The notes beneath the pieces are model-generated. The model worked only from the letters and a program-made list of their open reading frames with translations. It had not been told where the DNA came from and did not search any database. A program made the position numbers and the translations under genes. This document shows positions 28,175 through 37,980 of a stretch of DNA of 64,000 nucleotides, one piece after another (positions within the stretch are counted from its first letter, which is position 1; each line of letters begins with the position of its first letter). Source of the stretch: Candidatus Freyarchaeum deiterrae (GTDB lineage: Archaea; Asgardarchaeota; Jordiarchaeia; Jordiarchaeales; Jordiarchaeaceae); the NCBI GenBank assembly GCA_037305845.1, contig CP147778.1:288001-352000 (forward strand). The letters are read 5' to 3'.

Positions 28175-29266
28175 TTGAGTGAAGATGTTTACGAGCGTTT
28201 AAGACAGAAGATAAATAAATGGCCCATAAAAGCCCCAAAAAGCAAGAGCATGCTAAAGCTTCTGAGCGTCGTCTACAGCCCTGAGGAAGCCGAGCTTGTT
28301 TCATCAGCCTTCGACACCCCCTTCATTGATGCGAAGACAGTGGAGCAGGTGGCTAACGAGACGGGAAAGGATATGGATTACGTTAAGACCATTTTCGAGA
28401 GGCTGGCGGACAAGGGCGGACTTTTCGAGTTTACAAACAGGAAGGATGGCAATACATATTACAGTATGTTACCCTACGCTGTTGGATTATTTGAATTCCA
28501 TTTGAACGATGGTGTAATTAATGACAAGAAGAGGGAGTTTGCAAGACTCCATGAAGACGTATACCCTCACTGGGGATATGAATTAGGGTCTTCGAACTAT
28601 CCTTTTATGAGGGTAATCCCAGTTGAGGAGAAACTCGATGTTCAGACCGAGATTCTTCCCTTCGAGAAGGTGAGCAAATATATTGAGGAAGCGAGGAGCG
28701 TGGCGGTGAACCCCTGCGTTTGCAGACTCGTAGAAAACAATTGTGACAAGCCGCTGGAAGTCTGCTTAAGTTTCGACAGTGGCGCCGACTACATGGTCAA
28801 GCACCGCAAAGGCAGGCGAGTAACAAAGGAGGAAGCTTTTGAAATCCTCAAAGAAGCAGAAGACGCGGGTCTCGTCCATACTATGAACAACCAGCAGGAG
28901 AAACCAAGCCTTATCTGCAACTGCTGCTCCGACTGCTGCTTCGTCCTGAGAGGACTTTCTCAACTCTACAATCCGAGAGCGTTCACAAAGTCGAATTTCA
29001 TGCCAAAAATAGACAGGGAAAGCTGCCGTCTCTGTGAAACTTGCGTCAAGTGGTGCCCCCTCCAAGCACTTTACCGACATTACCCTCACACCGAAGATCT
29101 TTCAGATGACATGATTCTGGTTCTTGAGGAAAGATGCATAGGATGCGGGGTATGCGCCCACAAATGCCCCCACGATGCAATAACTCTAGTTAGGGTGAGA
29201 GAAGAAATCCCGGAGAAAAGTGGGCGAGACGCTCTAATGAGATTCGCATCCGAAAAGATCCACTAA
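28175..29266 (+). CDS. Multi-[4Fe-4S] protein, copy 1
   Basis: CVCR...C...C, ICNCCSDCC, CRLCETCVKWCP, CIGCGVCAHKCP. Confidence 0.88.
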   Translation: MSEDVYERLRQKINKWPIKAPKSKSMLKLLSVVYSPEEAELVSSAFDTPFIDAKTVEQVANETGKDMDYVKTIFERLADKGGLFEFTNRKDGNTYYSMLPYAVGLFEFHLNDGVINDKKREFARLHEDVYPHWGYELGSSNYPFMRVIPVEEKLDVQTEILPFEKVSKYIEEARSVAVNPCVCRLVENNCDKPLEVCLSFDSGADYMVKHRKGRRVTKEEAFEILKEAEDAGLVHTMNNQQEKPSLICNCCSDCCFVLRGLSQLYNPRAFTKSNFMPKIDRESCRLCETCVKWCPLQALYRHYPHTEDLSDDMILVLEERCIGCGVCAHKCPHDAITLVRVREEIPEKSGRDALMRFASEKIH

Positions 29267-29320
29267 AAATAAACCCAATAAGCACTTGACCTTTTTTAAA
29301 AAAGGTCTTGTAAATCGGAC

Positions 29321-30436
29321 TTGGAGACTAAAAATTTGGCAGAATCTGATATTTATGAGAAATTGAGGGAAAAACTGAACCTGTATCCTATAAGGGTTCC
29401 GAAGACCAAAGAATTAATGGAAATGCTCAAGGTTGTGTACACTCTTGAGGAAGCTGAACTCTTAGCACATTTTTCAGCCCCATTCCAAAATCCGGAGACG
29501 ATGGATCAGATTGTTGAAAAAATGGGAAAACCCCGGGAAAAGATTCAAGAAATTGTCGATGGCTTGGTTTTAAGAGGTTTGCTTTACAGGATTAAGGGTG
29601 GGGATGGCAATTTATATTACACTCTGCCTCCGATGGTTCCGGGATTCGATTTACTCTATTTCTCCTCGGGTCGTGATTCCGACGAAAAGAGAAAAGCGGC
29701 AAAACTTTTCGATAAGTACTATTCAGATAGTTTGGGCGTAGAAATGGGGGCTTCGAATTATCCTTGGGCGCGAGTGGTACCTGTTGAAAAAACGATAACT
29801 GTTGACAAAGGAATAAGTGCGGACTTGTTAATCCTGCCCTTCGAGAAGATGTCTGAGTTCATTAAGACTTCCCGATGCATAGCTGTCATAAATTGCGGCT
29901 GTAGGACGATAAGGAAGTGTGACCATCCCTTAGAAACTTGTCTCGTATTTGGTGCTACAGCAGATTTTATGGTTGAAAATGGTTTTGGTCGTTACTTGAG
30001 CGTTGAGCAAGCGTTAGAATTACTGGAAAAGATGGAAGAAGCGGGTTTGGTTCATAACACCGTGAACGTACAGGCAAAACCCACTTTTGTCTGCAGTTGT
30101 TGCACCTGCGCCTGCATTATCCTAAGGGGCCTCTCTGAACTACACCACCCTAGGGCGTTCGCAAAATCAAACTTTCTCCCCGTAAGAGATGACGAAATAT
30201 GTACCCAGTGTAAGAAATGCGTTAACATTTGCCCTATGAAGGCGAACGTCTACCATACTCCACACGATAAAGAGCCTGAGAGAATCATTTTCTTGGAGGA
30301 AAGATGCATAGGATGCGGGCTTTGCGCCTACCATTGTCCGAATGACGCTATTAAGCTTGTTAAAGTCAGGGATCAAATTCCAGAAAAGACTCTCCAAGAA
30401 GCTTTTCTGAGAGTCGAAGCAGAACGAATTCATTAA
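29321..30436 (+). CDS. Multi-[4Fe-4S] protein, copy 2 (tandem paralog)
   Basis: CGCR...C...C, VCSCCTCAC, CTQCKKCVNICP, CIGCGLCAYHCP. Confidence 0.88.
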   Translation: METKNLAESDIYEKLREKLNLYPIRVPKTKELMEMLKVVYTLEEAELLAHFSAPFQNPETMDQIVEKMGKPREKIQEIVDGLVLRGLLYRIKGGDGNLYYTLPPMVPGFDLLYFSSGRDSDEKRKAAKLFDKYYSDSLGVEMGASNYPWARVVPVEKTITVDKGISADLLILPFEKMSEFIKTSRCIAVINCGCRTIRKCDHPLETCLVFGATADFMVENGFGRYLSVEQALELLEKMEEAGLVHNTVNVQAKPTFVCSCCTCACIILRGLSELHHPRAFAKSNFLPVRDDEICTQCKKCVNICPMKANVYHTPHDKEPERIIFLEERCIGCGLCAYHCPNDAIKLVKVRDQIPEKTLQEAFLRVEAERIH

Positions 30437-30558
30437 AGAACCCTGCTGAAAATTGGAACTCTATAAGAGTTGCTAAGAATATGATAAAAAAAATTGACCT
30501 ACTATCATCCGCTGTAAATGGACAGCGAATAGGTTTTCGAGATAAAATCTGAAGGAAG

Positions 30559-31005
30559 GTGAACAAAATGAAAGTTAGTAAAGAAGTATGGAATTTTTTC
30601 CAAGAACACATGGGTTACACTGATGAAGAAATGAAACTTTTTAGGGAAAACCCAAGGAATGAGGATGTTCTATCAAAGGCGGATGCCTTAATGAATAAGA
30701 CAATCATTGCAGAGGTAGTGGAATCACACGGGTGTAACAGTCAGCACAAGGTTGGAGACAAGTTCTACTTTGACGGAGCCGGCAACCTAATAACCAAACT
30801 CTGCCCGAAGCGAATCTGCATCTACGCCCTAGGCTCACTTCAACAGCGAATCTTTGCAGCAAATGAGTTACTCTACGCGGGTATTGATCCCAATGAAATG
30901 CGGTTTAAACGGAATGGTTGTTTTGACGTCGGAGTGAAATGTGGCGGCTGGGGACATATTGTTATGGAGTTGAGTGTAGAAGAACGTAAAAAGCTTGACA
31001 AATGA
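30559..31005 (+). CDS. Cys-containing conserved hypothetical protein (TIGR04076-like)
   Basis: GCNSQHKVGDKF...CPKRIC...GCFDVGVKCGGWG. Confidence 0.65.
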   Translation: MNKMKVSKEVWNFFQEHMGYTDEEMKLFRENPRNEDVLSKADALMNKTIIAEVVESHGCNSQHKVGDKFYFDGAGNLITKLCPKRICIYALGSLQQRIFAANELLYAGIDPNEMRFKRNGCFDVGVKCGGWGHIVMELSVEERKKLDK

Positions 31006-31077
31006 AACCTATGAAATTTGTAAACGCATTTGATGATTAACCGGACTATTAGAATATTATGAGGTGGTGATAGGAAT

Positions 31078-31623
31078 ATGGTAAAAAAGCTTAACCTATT
31101 ATCATCCATTAAGAATGAACAGCAAGTAGAAATACTTCGCAAGACTTGGATATCGCACGATGCAAGATGGCAGATGGCGGTATTTCTAGAATGTGGCTGG
31201 GAAAAAGGCAACAAACTTAACCAAGAAGTCATGCGAGATATAGGTAAGGGTATGATGCACCGGGTAATGAAGGCTCTCGGAATTTCTCAGGTAAAAAATG
31301 TGGAAGAGCTTCAAGCCGTATGTTCGGCTGCTATGGACCTGTACTACCCCCCTCCTAATTTTGCATACCATTTCGAACGTCTCTCCGACAAATCTCTTCT
31401 AGGTGTTATAAAGAGTTGTGGCTCCTATGAAAACGTGAAAAAGGCAGGGGTATTAGACCACTACGAATGCGGTTGTTTCGCCATGCGTTCAGGCTGGTAT
31501 GAGGCTTTGGAAGTAGAAGCCAAAGAGGAACTTGGAAAATGCCTCAAAAGAGGGGACGATATCTGTGAGATTATTCTCACAGTCAACAAGTGGAGCAAAG
31601 AGAAGCCAACAAACACGCCCTAA
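31078..31623 (+). CDS. V4R/H-NOX-like ligand-binding protein (DUF6125-like)
   Basis: WISHDARW; C...CGC...W...C..RGDDICEI Cys pattern. Confidence 0.65.
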   Translation: MVKKLNLLSSIKNEQQVEILRKTWISHDARWQMAVFLECGWEKGNKLNQEVMRDIGKGMMHRVMKALGISQVKNVEELQAVCSAAMDLYYPPPNFAYHFERLSDKSLLGVIKSCGSYENVKKAGVLDHYECGCFAMRSGWYEALEVEAKEELGKCLKRGDDICEIILTVNKWSKEKPTNTP

Positions 31624-31725
31624 AGGATGCGTATCGCATGTCGGACTTGACAAGTACATTTCTGCAAGCCTTACCTCTCTTTGCCTACAAATTGTAATAA
31701 TAATAATATAGGTGGTGAAAATAAA

Positions 31726-32184
31726 ATGAGTGTGAATCCTAATTTGTTAGCTCCTTGCGGGTTATACTGTGGTGTCTGTGGTATTTATTACGCGGATAAG
31801 CATGAGGACGAGGTTCTGAAACAGAAATTAGGTAAGAGTTATGGTGTGGAACCGGAAGCAATTAAATGTGACGGCTGTTTGTCGGATAACAAATTTGCAT
31901 TTTGTAAATTGTGTCCGATCCGGAGTTGCGTCATCAACAAGAAGCTTTCCGGTTGCCATGAGTGTTCTGAGTGGCCTTGTGATAAGGTCGCGAATTATCC
32001 CTTTGAGCCTGCCAAGAGGTTCATGTTAAAATCTATTCCCGCCAGAAGAGAAAGAACAGATGAGGAATGGATTAAATGGGAAGAAAATAATTGGACATGC
32101 GAGAATTGCGGGACGCTTCAATTCAGAGGAGCGAGAAGATGCCACAATTGCAAAAACGAAATAATTTCAATTCTCGATAAATAA
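31726..32184 (+). CDS. DUF3795-family Cys-rich protein with C-terminal zinc ribbon
   Basis: APCGLYCGVC, CDGC, CPIRSC, CHECSEWPC, CENCG...CHNC; SD GGTGGTGA before ATG at 31726. Confidence 0.82.
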   Translation: MSVNPNLLAPCGLYCGVCGIYYADKHEDEVLKQKLGKSYGVEPEAIKCDGCLSDNKFAFCKLCPIRSCVINKKLSGCHECSEWPCDKVANYPFEPAKRFMLKSIPARRERTDEEWIKWEENNWTCENCGTLQFRGARRCHNCKNEIISILDK

Positions 32185-32211
32185 ATTGCAACTTATTGAA
32201 AATCTCTCTCA

Positions 32212-32246
32212 GAGAGCAGGCTGTGCCTCAAGGCTGGTCTGCTCTC
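32212..32246. terminator. GC-rich hairpin between convergent genes (possible terminator or RNA structure)
   Basis: GAGAGCAGGCT...GCC-TCAA-GGC...GGTCTGCTCTC stem. Confidence 0.4.
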
Positions 32247-32310
32247 ACTCTATCCCATTTGTACTGTTGGTAGGAGACGCTTCTATAACTGAAGCCGACG
32301 CGGGTATGGT

Positions 32311-33981
32311 TTAGGTCTTTTCTTTTAGCAGTCTTTTCAGTATTTTTCCGGATCCGCTTCTTGGAAGCTCGTTTACAAACTCTATCTCTTTTGGATACTT
32401 GTACTCAGCCATTTTTCTTTTAGCCCACTCCATGAGCTTTTCCTCAGTTATCTTTCCTTTGTAATCTGGTCTGAGAACCACGTAGGCTTTAACCGTTTCA
32501 CCTTGTTGGGGGTCTGGTACTCCGACTATGGCTGCTTGATAGACTGCGGGGTGTTTCTTTAGTAATTGTTCAACTTCCGCTGCCCAGACCTTGTAGCCTG
32601 AGACAATGATCATGTCTTTCTTGCGGCCCACGATGTATATGTAGCCGTCCTCGTCCATTTTTGCAATGTCTCCCGTGTAAATCCATCCGTCTCTGAGTGT
32701 GGCTCTGGTCGCTTCGGGCTGATTCCAGTATCCCTTCATAACCTGTGGTCCTTTAAAGAGGATTTCTCCTTCTTCGCCGATCCCAAGCTCCTCGGAGCCG
32801 GTGTCTGTGTCCACGATTTTGGCATCCACGTCGAAGACTGGGATTCCTATGGAGCCGCGTCTGGGTTTGTCGACGGGGTTTATTGTCATCTGGGAGATGG
32901 TCTCGCTCAACCCGTATCCTTCTGTTAATTCGCAGCCTGTTACTTCCTTGAATTTATCGAAATCACTTATTGGCACTGGGGCTCCGCCGGAACTGCATAC
33001 TCGTAGGGAGCTCAAGTCGTAGTTCTTAGCATAGGGGTAGGTGGCGATGGCTTTGTCTATTGGTGCTGCGCTAATCAGGATGGTGCACTTGTACTTTTCT
33101 ATTCCTTTTAGCATTGCTTCTAGGTCGAAGCGGGAGAGTAGCACTGTAGTGTTTCCGATGTAGATTGGGCAGTTCATGGATTGCTGCATTCCCAAAACGT
33201 TGAACAAGGGTAAAACGGATAGGGTTACATCCTCTTCGACAACCTTTGCCCATTTCACCCCACCTACAATGTTCACTACAGCGTTAAAGTGGGTTATCAT
33301 GGCACCTTTGGGCTCTCCGGCTGTTCCCGATGTGTATTCGAGAAGGGCCAAATCTTCTTTGGGGTCGATATTCACTCTTGGAGCCTTTGCCTTATACTGC
33401 TTTAAGAGATCCGTAAATTCGATGGTTTCCGGGAATGTTTTTTTCTCTTGCTCCAGAGATACGGGGATGGGAAGAGTGGGTTTTTCGGATAGGTAGTCTC
33501 TGCCGCTTGTAACTATTATGTTCCGAAGCCCGGTCTTTTTTAACACCTTTTGAACTGTGGGGTAAAGATAGTCCAGAGTAATTAGATTCTCTGTTTCAGA
33601 ATCGTTCAACTGGTACTCCATTTCCATCTCCTTAAACATGGGGTTAATAGGAACCACGATTGCGCCGGCTTTGAGAGTGCCATAATAGCTGACGACAAAT
33701 TGCGGGCAGTTCTCTAGTAACAGCCCTACCCTGTCTCCCTTATTGACACCCATATCCACAAGTGCGTTTGCGAAACGGTCAGACCAATTATCTAGCTCAC
33801 CGTAAGTAATTTCATATCCGTAGAAATTGATTCCAGTCTTTTTCGGAAATTTTTTGGCGGTGTTACTAAGAAATGTAAAAATAGGCACTTCGGGATAGTC
33901 CAAAGACTTCGGTAAACCCTCCGGCCAAGATTTAAACCATGCTCTCTCCATTCCAAACATCTTCCATATACGAGGATTCAC
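32311..33981 (-). CDS. Long-chain-fatty-acid--CoA ligase
   Basis: YTSGTAGEPKG, EGYGLSET, YTGD, GRKKDMI, SGSGKIL. Confidence 0.93.
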   Translation of the reverse strand: MNPRIWKMFGMERAWFKSWPEGLPKSLDYPEVPIFTFLSNTAKKFPKKTGINFYGYEITYGELDNWSDRFANALVDMGVNKGDRVGLLLENCPQFVVSYYGTLKAGAIVVPINPMFKEMEMEYQLNDSETENLITLDYLYPTVQKVLKKTGLRNIIVTSGRDYLSEKPTLPIPVSLEQEKKTFPETIEFTDLLKQYKAKAPRVNIDPKEDLALLEYTSGTAGEPKGAMITHFNAVVNIVGGVKWAKVVEEDVTLSVLPLFNVLGMQQSMNCPIYIGNTTVLLSRFDLEAMLKGIEKYKCTILISAAPIDKAIATYPYAKNYDLSSLRVCSSGGAPVPISDFDKFKEVTGCELTEGYGLSETISQMTINPVDKPRRGSIGIPVFDVDAKIVDTDTGSEELGIGEEGEILFKGPQVMKGYWNQPEATRATLRDGWIYTGDIAKMDEDGYIYIVGRKKDMIIVSGYKVWAAEVEQLLKKHPAVYQAAIVGVPDPQQGETVKAYVVLRPDYKGKITEEKLMEWAKRKMAEYKYPKEIEFVNELPRSGSGKILKRLLKEKT

Positions 33982-34142
33982 TTAATTCAAGTTGTGAACA
34001 ATTTATATATAACTATTTTTCATACCTGAAAATTAGAATAAAAAAATAAGCGTTGTTTCAAGCTATATGTTCTTTAAAGAGTTCCCACAAAGTAACGAGC
34101 CCATCGAATTAGAGCTTAAAAGCTGAAACAAAAAAATGAAAA

Positions 34143-35024
34143 CTATTTGGTGTATTCTTTTAGAAATTCGAGCATGTACTTGTTGACAAGCTTCGGTTCC
34201 TCGTTCTGCACCCAGTGGCCACATTTTGGAATGTATTTTATAGTGTACGGAGCATCTATGTATTTCTCTGCTCCCTTACTAACTTCTAGTGTAAGGGCTA
34301 CATCTTCCTCTCCCCAGATTACCAGGGTGGGGCTGGTTATTTTGGGGAATTTTAGTGGGATTTCCTCCATGAAGATTTCGGGTCTGATGTTTGCGCGGTA
34401 ATAGTTTATCCCTGCAGTTAGTGCTCCGGGTTTCGACCAAGCTTCTTTGAATTTATCCAAGTCCTGGTCGGTGAAGACACCTTTTTTAACAGTTGAATTG
34501 CTGAGCATCAGTTTAAGAGCGAGGTAATTGTTTCTGCTGAAATAGCTCTCTGGAACCTTCTCTTTTTGGAAGAAAAAGACGTACCAGCTCTTCTGAAGTT
34601 GTCTACCAATGTATTTTGCTTTTTCCTGCCAAACCGCGGGGTGTGGGACATTCATGATAATTAGTCTCTCGGTGGCTTCTGGGTGTGTCATAGCGAAAGA
34701 CCAAGCTACGATAGCGCCCCAGTCGTGACCCACGATTATGGCTTTCTCCTCTCCAAAGGATTTGATAAGACCCATAACGTCCTCAACCAGTAGGTTCAGC
34801 CTGTACTTGTCTACTCCCTCAGGTTTTTCGCTCTCGTTGTAACCTCTCATGTCAGGAGCTACAACCTTGAAGTACTTTGACAAAATTGGTATCTGATGTC
34901 TCCAAGAATACCAGAACTCGGGAAAACCGTGCAACATTATCATTAGTTTCCCATTGCCCTGGACAACGCAATGAAGACGAATCCCGTTGGTTTCCACAAA
35001 TTTATGTTCCCATGTCTCACTCAA
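34143..35024 (-). CDS. Alpha/beta hydrolase, epoxide hydrolase-like
   Basis: HGFPE, GHDWGA, NYYR, GHW. Confidence 0.9.
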   Translation of the reverse strand: MSETWEHKFVETNGIRLHCVVQGNGKLMIMLHGFPEFWYSWRHQIPILSKYFKVVAPDMRGYNESEKPEGVDKYRLNLLVEDVMGLIKSFGEEKAIIVGHDWGAIVAWSFAMTHPEATERLIIMNVPHPAVWQEKAKYIGRQLQKSWYVFFFQKEKVPESYFSRNNYLALKLMLSNSTVKKGVFTDQDLDKFKEAWSKPGALTAGINYYRANIRPEIFMEEIPLKFPKITSPTLVIWGEEDVALTLEVSKGAEKYIDAPYTIKYIPKCGHWVQNEEPKLVNKYMLEFLKEYTK

Positions 35025-35170
35025 CCTTAATTAACCTCCTTTTTTAATACCCAATTTGTTTACTAAAGATAATAAGTTACTCGTTGTTTTTCTACTTATA
35101 TTCCCCTTATAACATTATTTTCATTAGTGTCAATTTAAAAATTTAAAAACATGAAAAGCAAGTTAGAAAT

Positions 35171-35878
35171 ATGGACTATGTGAGGGAAGTCGTAAAAGAA
35201 ATCACAGTTAAACTGGGCAGATTATTCTCAATGGAACTCGGAATAAATCTGCAAAAGGGGAGTTCAGATGAGATATTCAAATGGTTCGTAGCCTCCCTAC
35301 TATTCGGAGCCAGAATTTCGGAAACAATAGCCAAAAACACCTACCACGAATTCGAAAAAGATAATCTTCTAACTCCCGAAAAAATTCTAAGAAAAGGATG
35401 GGACGGACTGGTGTTTACACTCGATAAAGGCGGATACGTGAGATACGATTATAAAACAGCTGACAAGTTTCTGGAAGTGACGGGCAACCTGAAAAAGGAG
35501 TATAACGGAGACTTGAACCATCTGCACGAAGATTCAGCCGATTCTGGGGACGTTGAACAAAGATTGAAGAACCTCGGAAAAGGAATAGGAAACGTAACCG
35601 TTAATATTTTCTTAAGAGAACTCAGAGGAATCTGGGATAAAGCAAATCCCGCGCCCCAAGATCTCACCATAGTAGCTGCCAAAAATCTGGGACTAATCGG
35701 AGAGGCGAATAAAATATCAGCTCTAGAGGAACTTGAAAAAATCTGGGATCGAAGCAAAGTTGAGGGGTATACTTTTCCAAACTTTGAAACAGCCTTACTT
35801 AGAATTGGAAAAGACTTTTGCAGAAAAAACAAGTGCAGCGAATGTCCAGTGAAAGCATTTTGCACACGCCAATCTTGA
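35171..35878 (+). CDS. HhH-GPD/endonuclease III-related protein with C-terminal Cys cluster
   Basis: GYVRYD, KGIGNVTVNIFLRE HhH motif, CRKNKCSECPVKAFC. Confidence 0.72.
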   Translation: MDYVREVVKEITVKLGRLFSMELGINLQKGSSDEIFKWFVASLLFGARISETIAKNTYHEFEKDNLLTPEKILRKGWDGLVFTLDKGGYVRYDYKTADKFLEVTGNLKKEYNGDLNHLHEDSADSGDVEQRLKNLGKGIGNVTVNIFLRELRGIWDKANPAPQDLTIVAAKNLGLIGEANKISALEELEKIWDRSKVEGYTFPNFETALLRIGKDFCRKNKCSECPVKAFCTRQS

Positions 35879-35908
35879 ACCTGCTTGCTCCTTCTGTCTA
35901 AAAAATTT

Positions 35909-37030
35909 TCATTTAATTAAGTGAACCGACAAGGCTTTAAACAAAACATACAGGTCTGATCCGGGGCGGATTTCGAATTCTTCCAGAGAACTTCTTGTTA
36001 TTAAACAGCTTACCGGGACACTGTTTACATCTATTTTCAACATAAAGAGAAATCCTTCGGGTATAACACCAGATACCTTTCCTTTTAGGACATTACGTGC
36101 GCTGGTTACTGGTTTCTCCTTGGCAATGATAATGTCCTCTGGTCTTATCACCACTTTCACATCTTGACCCTCCTGCAAGTCTGGGTCGAACATTGCGCTG
36201 ATTTCGATGTCTCCCACCATTATCTTTGAGAGACCTTCTCGGGGGCGGTTCTCCAAAACTTTGCCGTCAAGAATGTTTTCCGCCTCGGTGAAACCTGCAA
36301 CAAAATCTGTTTGGGGCTTGTAAAAGATATCCTCTGGTTCTCCTATCTGTTCTATTTTACCATCGTGAATTACGGCTATACGGTCAGCTATGGCTCTTGC
36401 TTCATTTTGGTCGTGAGTGACGAAGATGGATGTTACTTTGGACTCTCTTTGGACTCTCAAAATTTCGCTTCTCACACTTTTTCTAACTTGGACATCTAGA
36501 TTGCTGAGGGGCTCATCGAGAAGTAGAAGCTTGGGCTGAACAACCAATGCTCTAGCCAGGGCGACTCTTTGCTTCTCCCCGCCGCTCAGGGTTTCTGGCT
36601 TGCGATACTTGAGACGATCCAAATCTAACTTATCCAAAACTTCTGTAACACGTTCAATTACTATATGCCTTTTTATTTTTTTAGAGAATAAACCGTAAGC
36701 AATGTTGTCCGCCACATTCATGTGGGGAAAAAGAGCGCAGTCTTGAAAAACCAAGCAAACCTCTCTCTTGTTTGGAGGAGTATTGTCTATGCACGTTCCA
36801 TCCAGATAAACATGCCCAGAATCCTGCTTGATTAAGCCACAAATTATGTTCAGTAGAGTGCTTTTTCCACAACCTGTGGAGCCGACTAAAACTAGAAATT
36901 CTCCTTTTTCCACCTCAAAACTTAATCCTCTTAAAACAGGATTTTCCTTCTTTAAGCCAGAAAACCTCTCATTTAAGCTCGCGGAATCCCTGTAAGTTTT
37001 ACTTATTTCTTCCACTTTTAAGAAGGACAT
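35909..37030 (-). CDS. wtpC: Tungstate/molybdate ABC transporter ATP-binding protein with TOBE domains
   Basis: GSTGCGKST, LSGGEKQR, LLLDEP, TSARN. Confidence 0.88.
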   Translation of the reverse strand: MSFLKVEEISKTYRDSASLNERFSGLKKENPVLRGLSFEVEKGEFLVLVGSTGCGKSTLLNIICGLIKQDSGHVYLDGTCIDNTPPNKREVCLVFQDCALFPHMNVADNIAYGLFSKKIKRHIVIERVTEVLDKLDLDRLKYRKPETLSGGEKQRVALARALVVQPKLLLLDEPLSNLDVQVRKSVRSEILRVQRESKVTSIFVTHDQNEARAIADRIAVIHDGKIEQIGEPEDIFYKPQTDFVAGFTEAENILDGKVLENRPREGLSKIMVGDIEISAMFDPDLQEGQDVKVVIRPEDIIIAKEKPVTSARNVLKGKVSGVIPEGFLFMLKIDVNSVPVSCLITRSSLEEFEIRPGSDLYVLFKALSVHLIK

Positions 37031-37033
37031 TTT

Positions 37034-37933
37034 TCAGCTCCTCCTGCCCATTAGTATGCGGGCGGTAATCAAGACCGAGAATGCAATAATCAGCAAAATA
37101 ACCGCAGCGGTGATGCTTAGGAACAATCCATTCGGCAAATTAAACTCAAAATAGATGACTGTTGAGAGGGTATAACTCTGCCCCGGCACATTGTTAGAAA
37201 CCATTAATGTGGCTCCAAACTCTCCTATAGCACGGGCCCACATCATCGCCCAACCCGCAAACACACCCCTGGCCGAAAGGGGTAGAGTGATTGTGATAAA
37301 AGTTCTAATTTTTGAAGCTCCCAAGTTTGTAGCCGCAAGTTCAAGATTTCTGGGAACAGCCGAAAAGGATGTGGCAGCCGACCTTATGAAGAAGGGTGCG
37401 GAAACAAAAATCTGCGCAAGTATTATCGCTCTCCAAGTAAAAATTATATCAATACCATTATTACTCAGAAAAGACCCTACGGGTGTATTAGGACCCAGGA
37501 GCAATATTAGAGCTAATCCAGCAACCGTGGGAGGAAGAACCATAGGCAAATCCACCGTGGTATCAAGAATCTTCTTGCCCCAAAAATTGTACCTAGCCAA
37601 AATGTAGGCTAAAGGCATACCCAAAGAGATACATATTACACTAGAAAAGGCAGAGGTGATCAAACTAACCTTAATCGCACTAACGATGACATCACTATTC
37701 AACGCATTAATAATCGGGTTAAATATTGTCATAAACATATTAAAGGCTTGGGTCGGACCGGAAGTCTGATAAATATTGTAAAGCATCTGGTAAAATCCAG
37801 GTTCGGCATAAAGAGGATTTATCACGGAATAGACAAGAACTCCCAGTGGTGATAAAAAGAAAATTATGAGAAAAATCAACCCGAAAAAAAAGAGGAGAAT
37901 AGGGTAAACACTGATTTTACTCCAGCCAGACAT
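37034..37933 (-). CDS. wtpB: Tungstate/molybdate ABC transporter permease
   Basis: DLPMVLPPTVAG, EAA-like LELAATNLGAS, ARAIGEFGAT. Confidence 0.88.
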   Translation of the reverse strand: MSGWSKISVYPILLFFFGLIFLIIFFLSPLGVLVYSVINPLYAEPGFYQMLYNIYQTSGPTQAFNMFMTIFNPIINALNSDVIVSAIKVSLITSAFSSVICISLGMPLAYILARYNFWGKKILDTTVDLPMVLPPTVAGLALILLLGPNTPVGSFLSNNGIDIIFTWRAIILAQIFVSAPFFIRSAATSFSAVPRNLELAATNLGASKIRTFITITLPLSARGVFAGWAMMWARAIGEFGATLMVSNNVPGQSYTLSTVIYFEFNLPNGLFLSITAAVILLIIAFSVLITARILMGRRS

Positions 37934-37980
37934 TCACATCGCCACTATAATTTTTCATCACGTTCTATTCACTATTTAGA

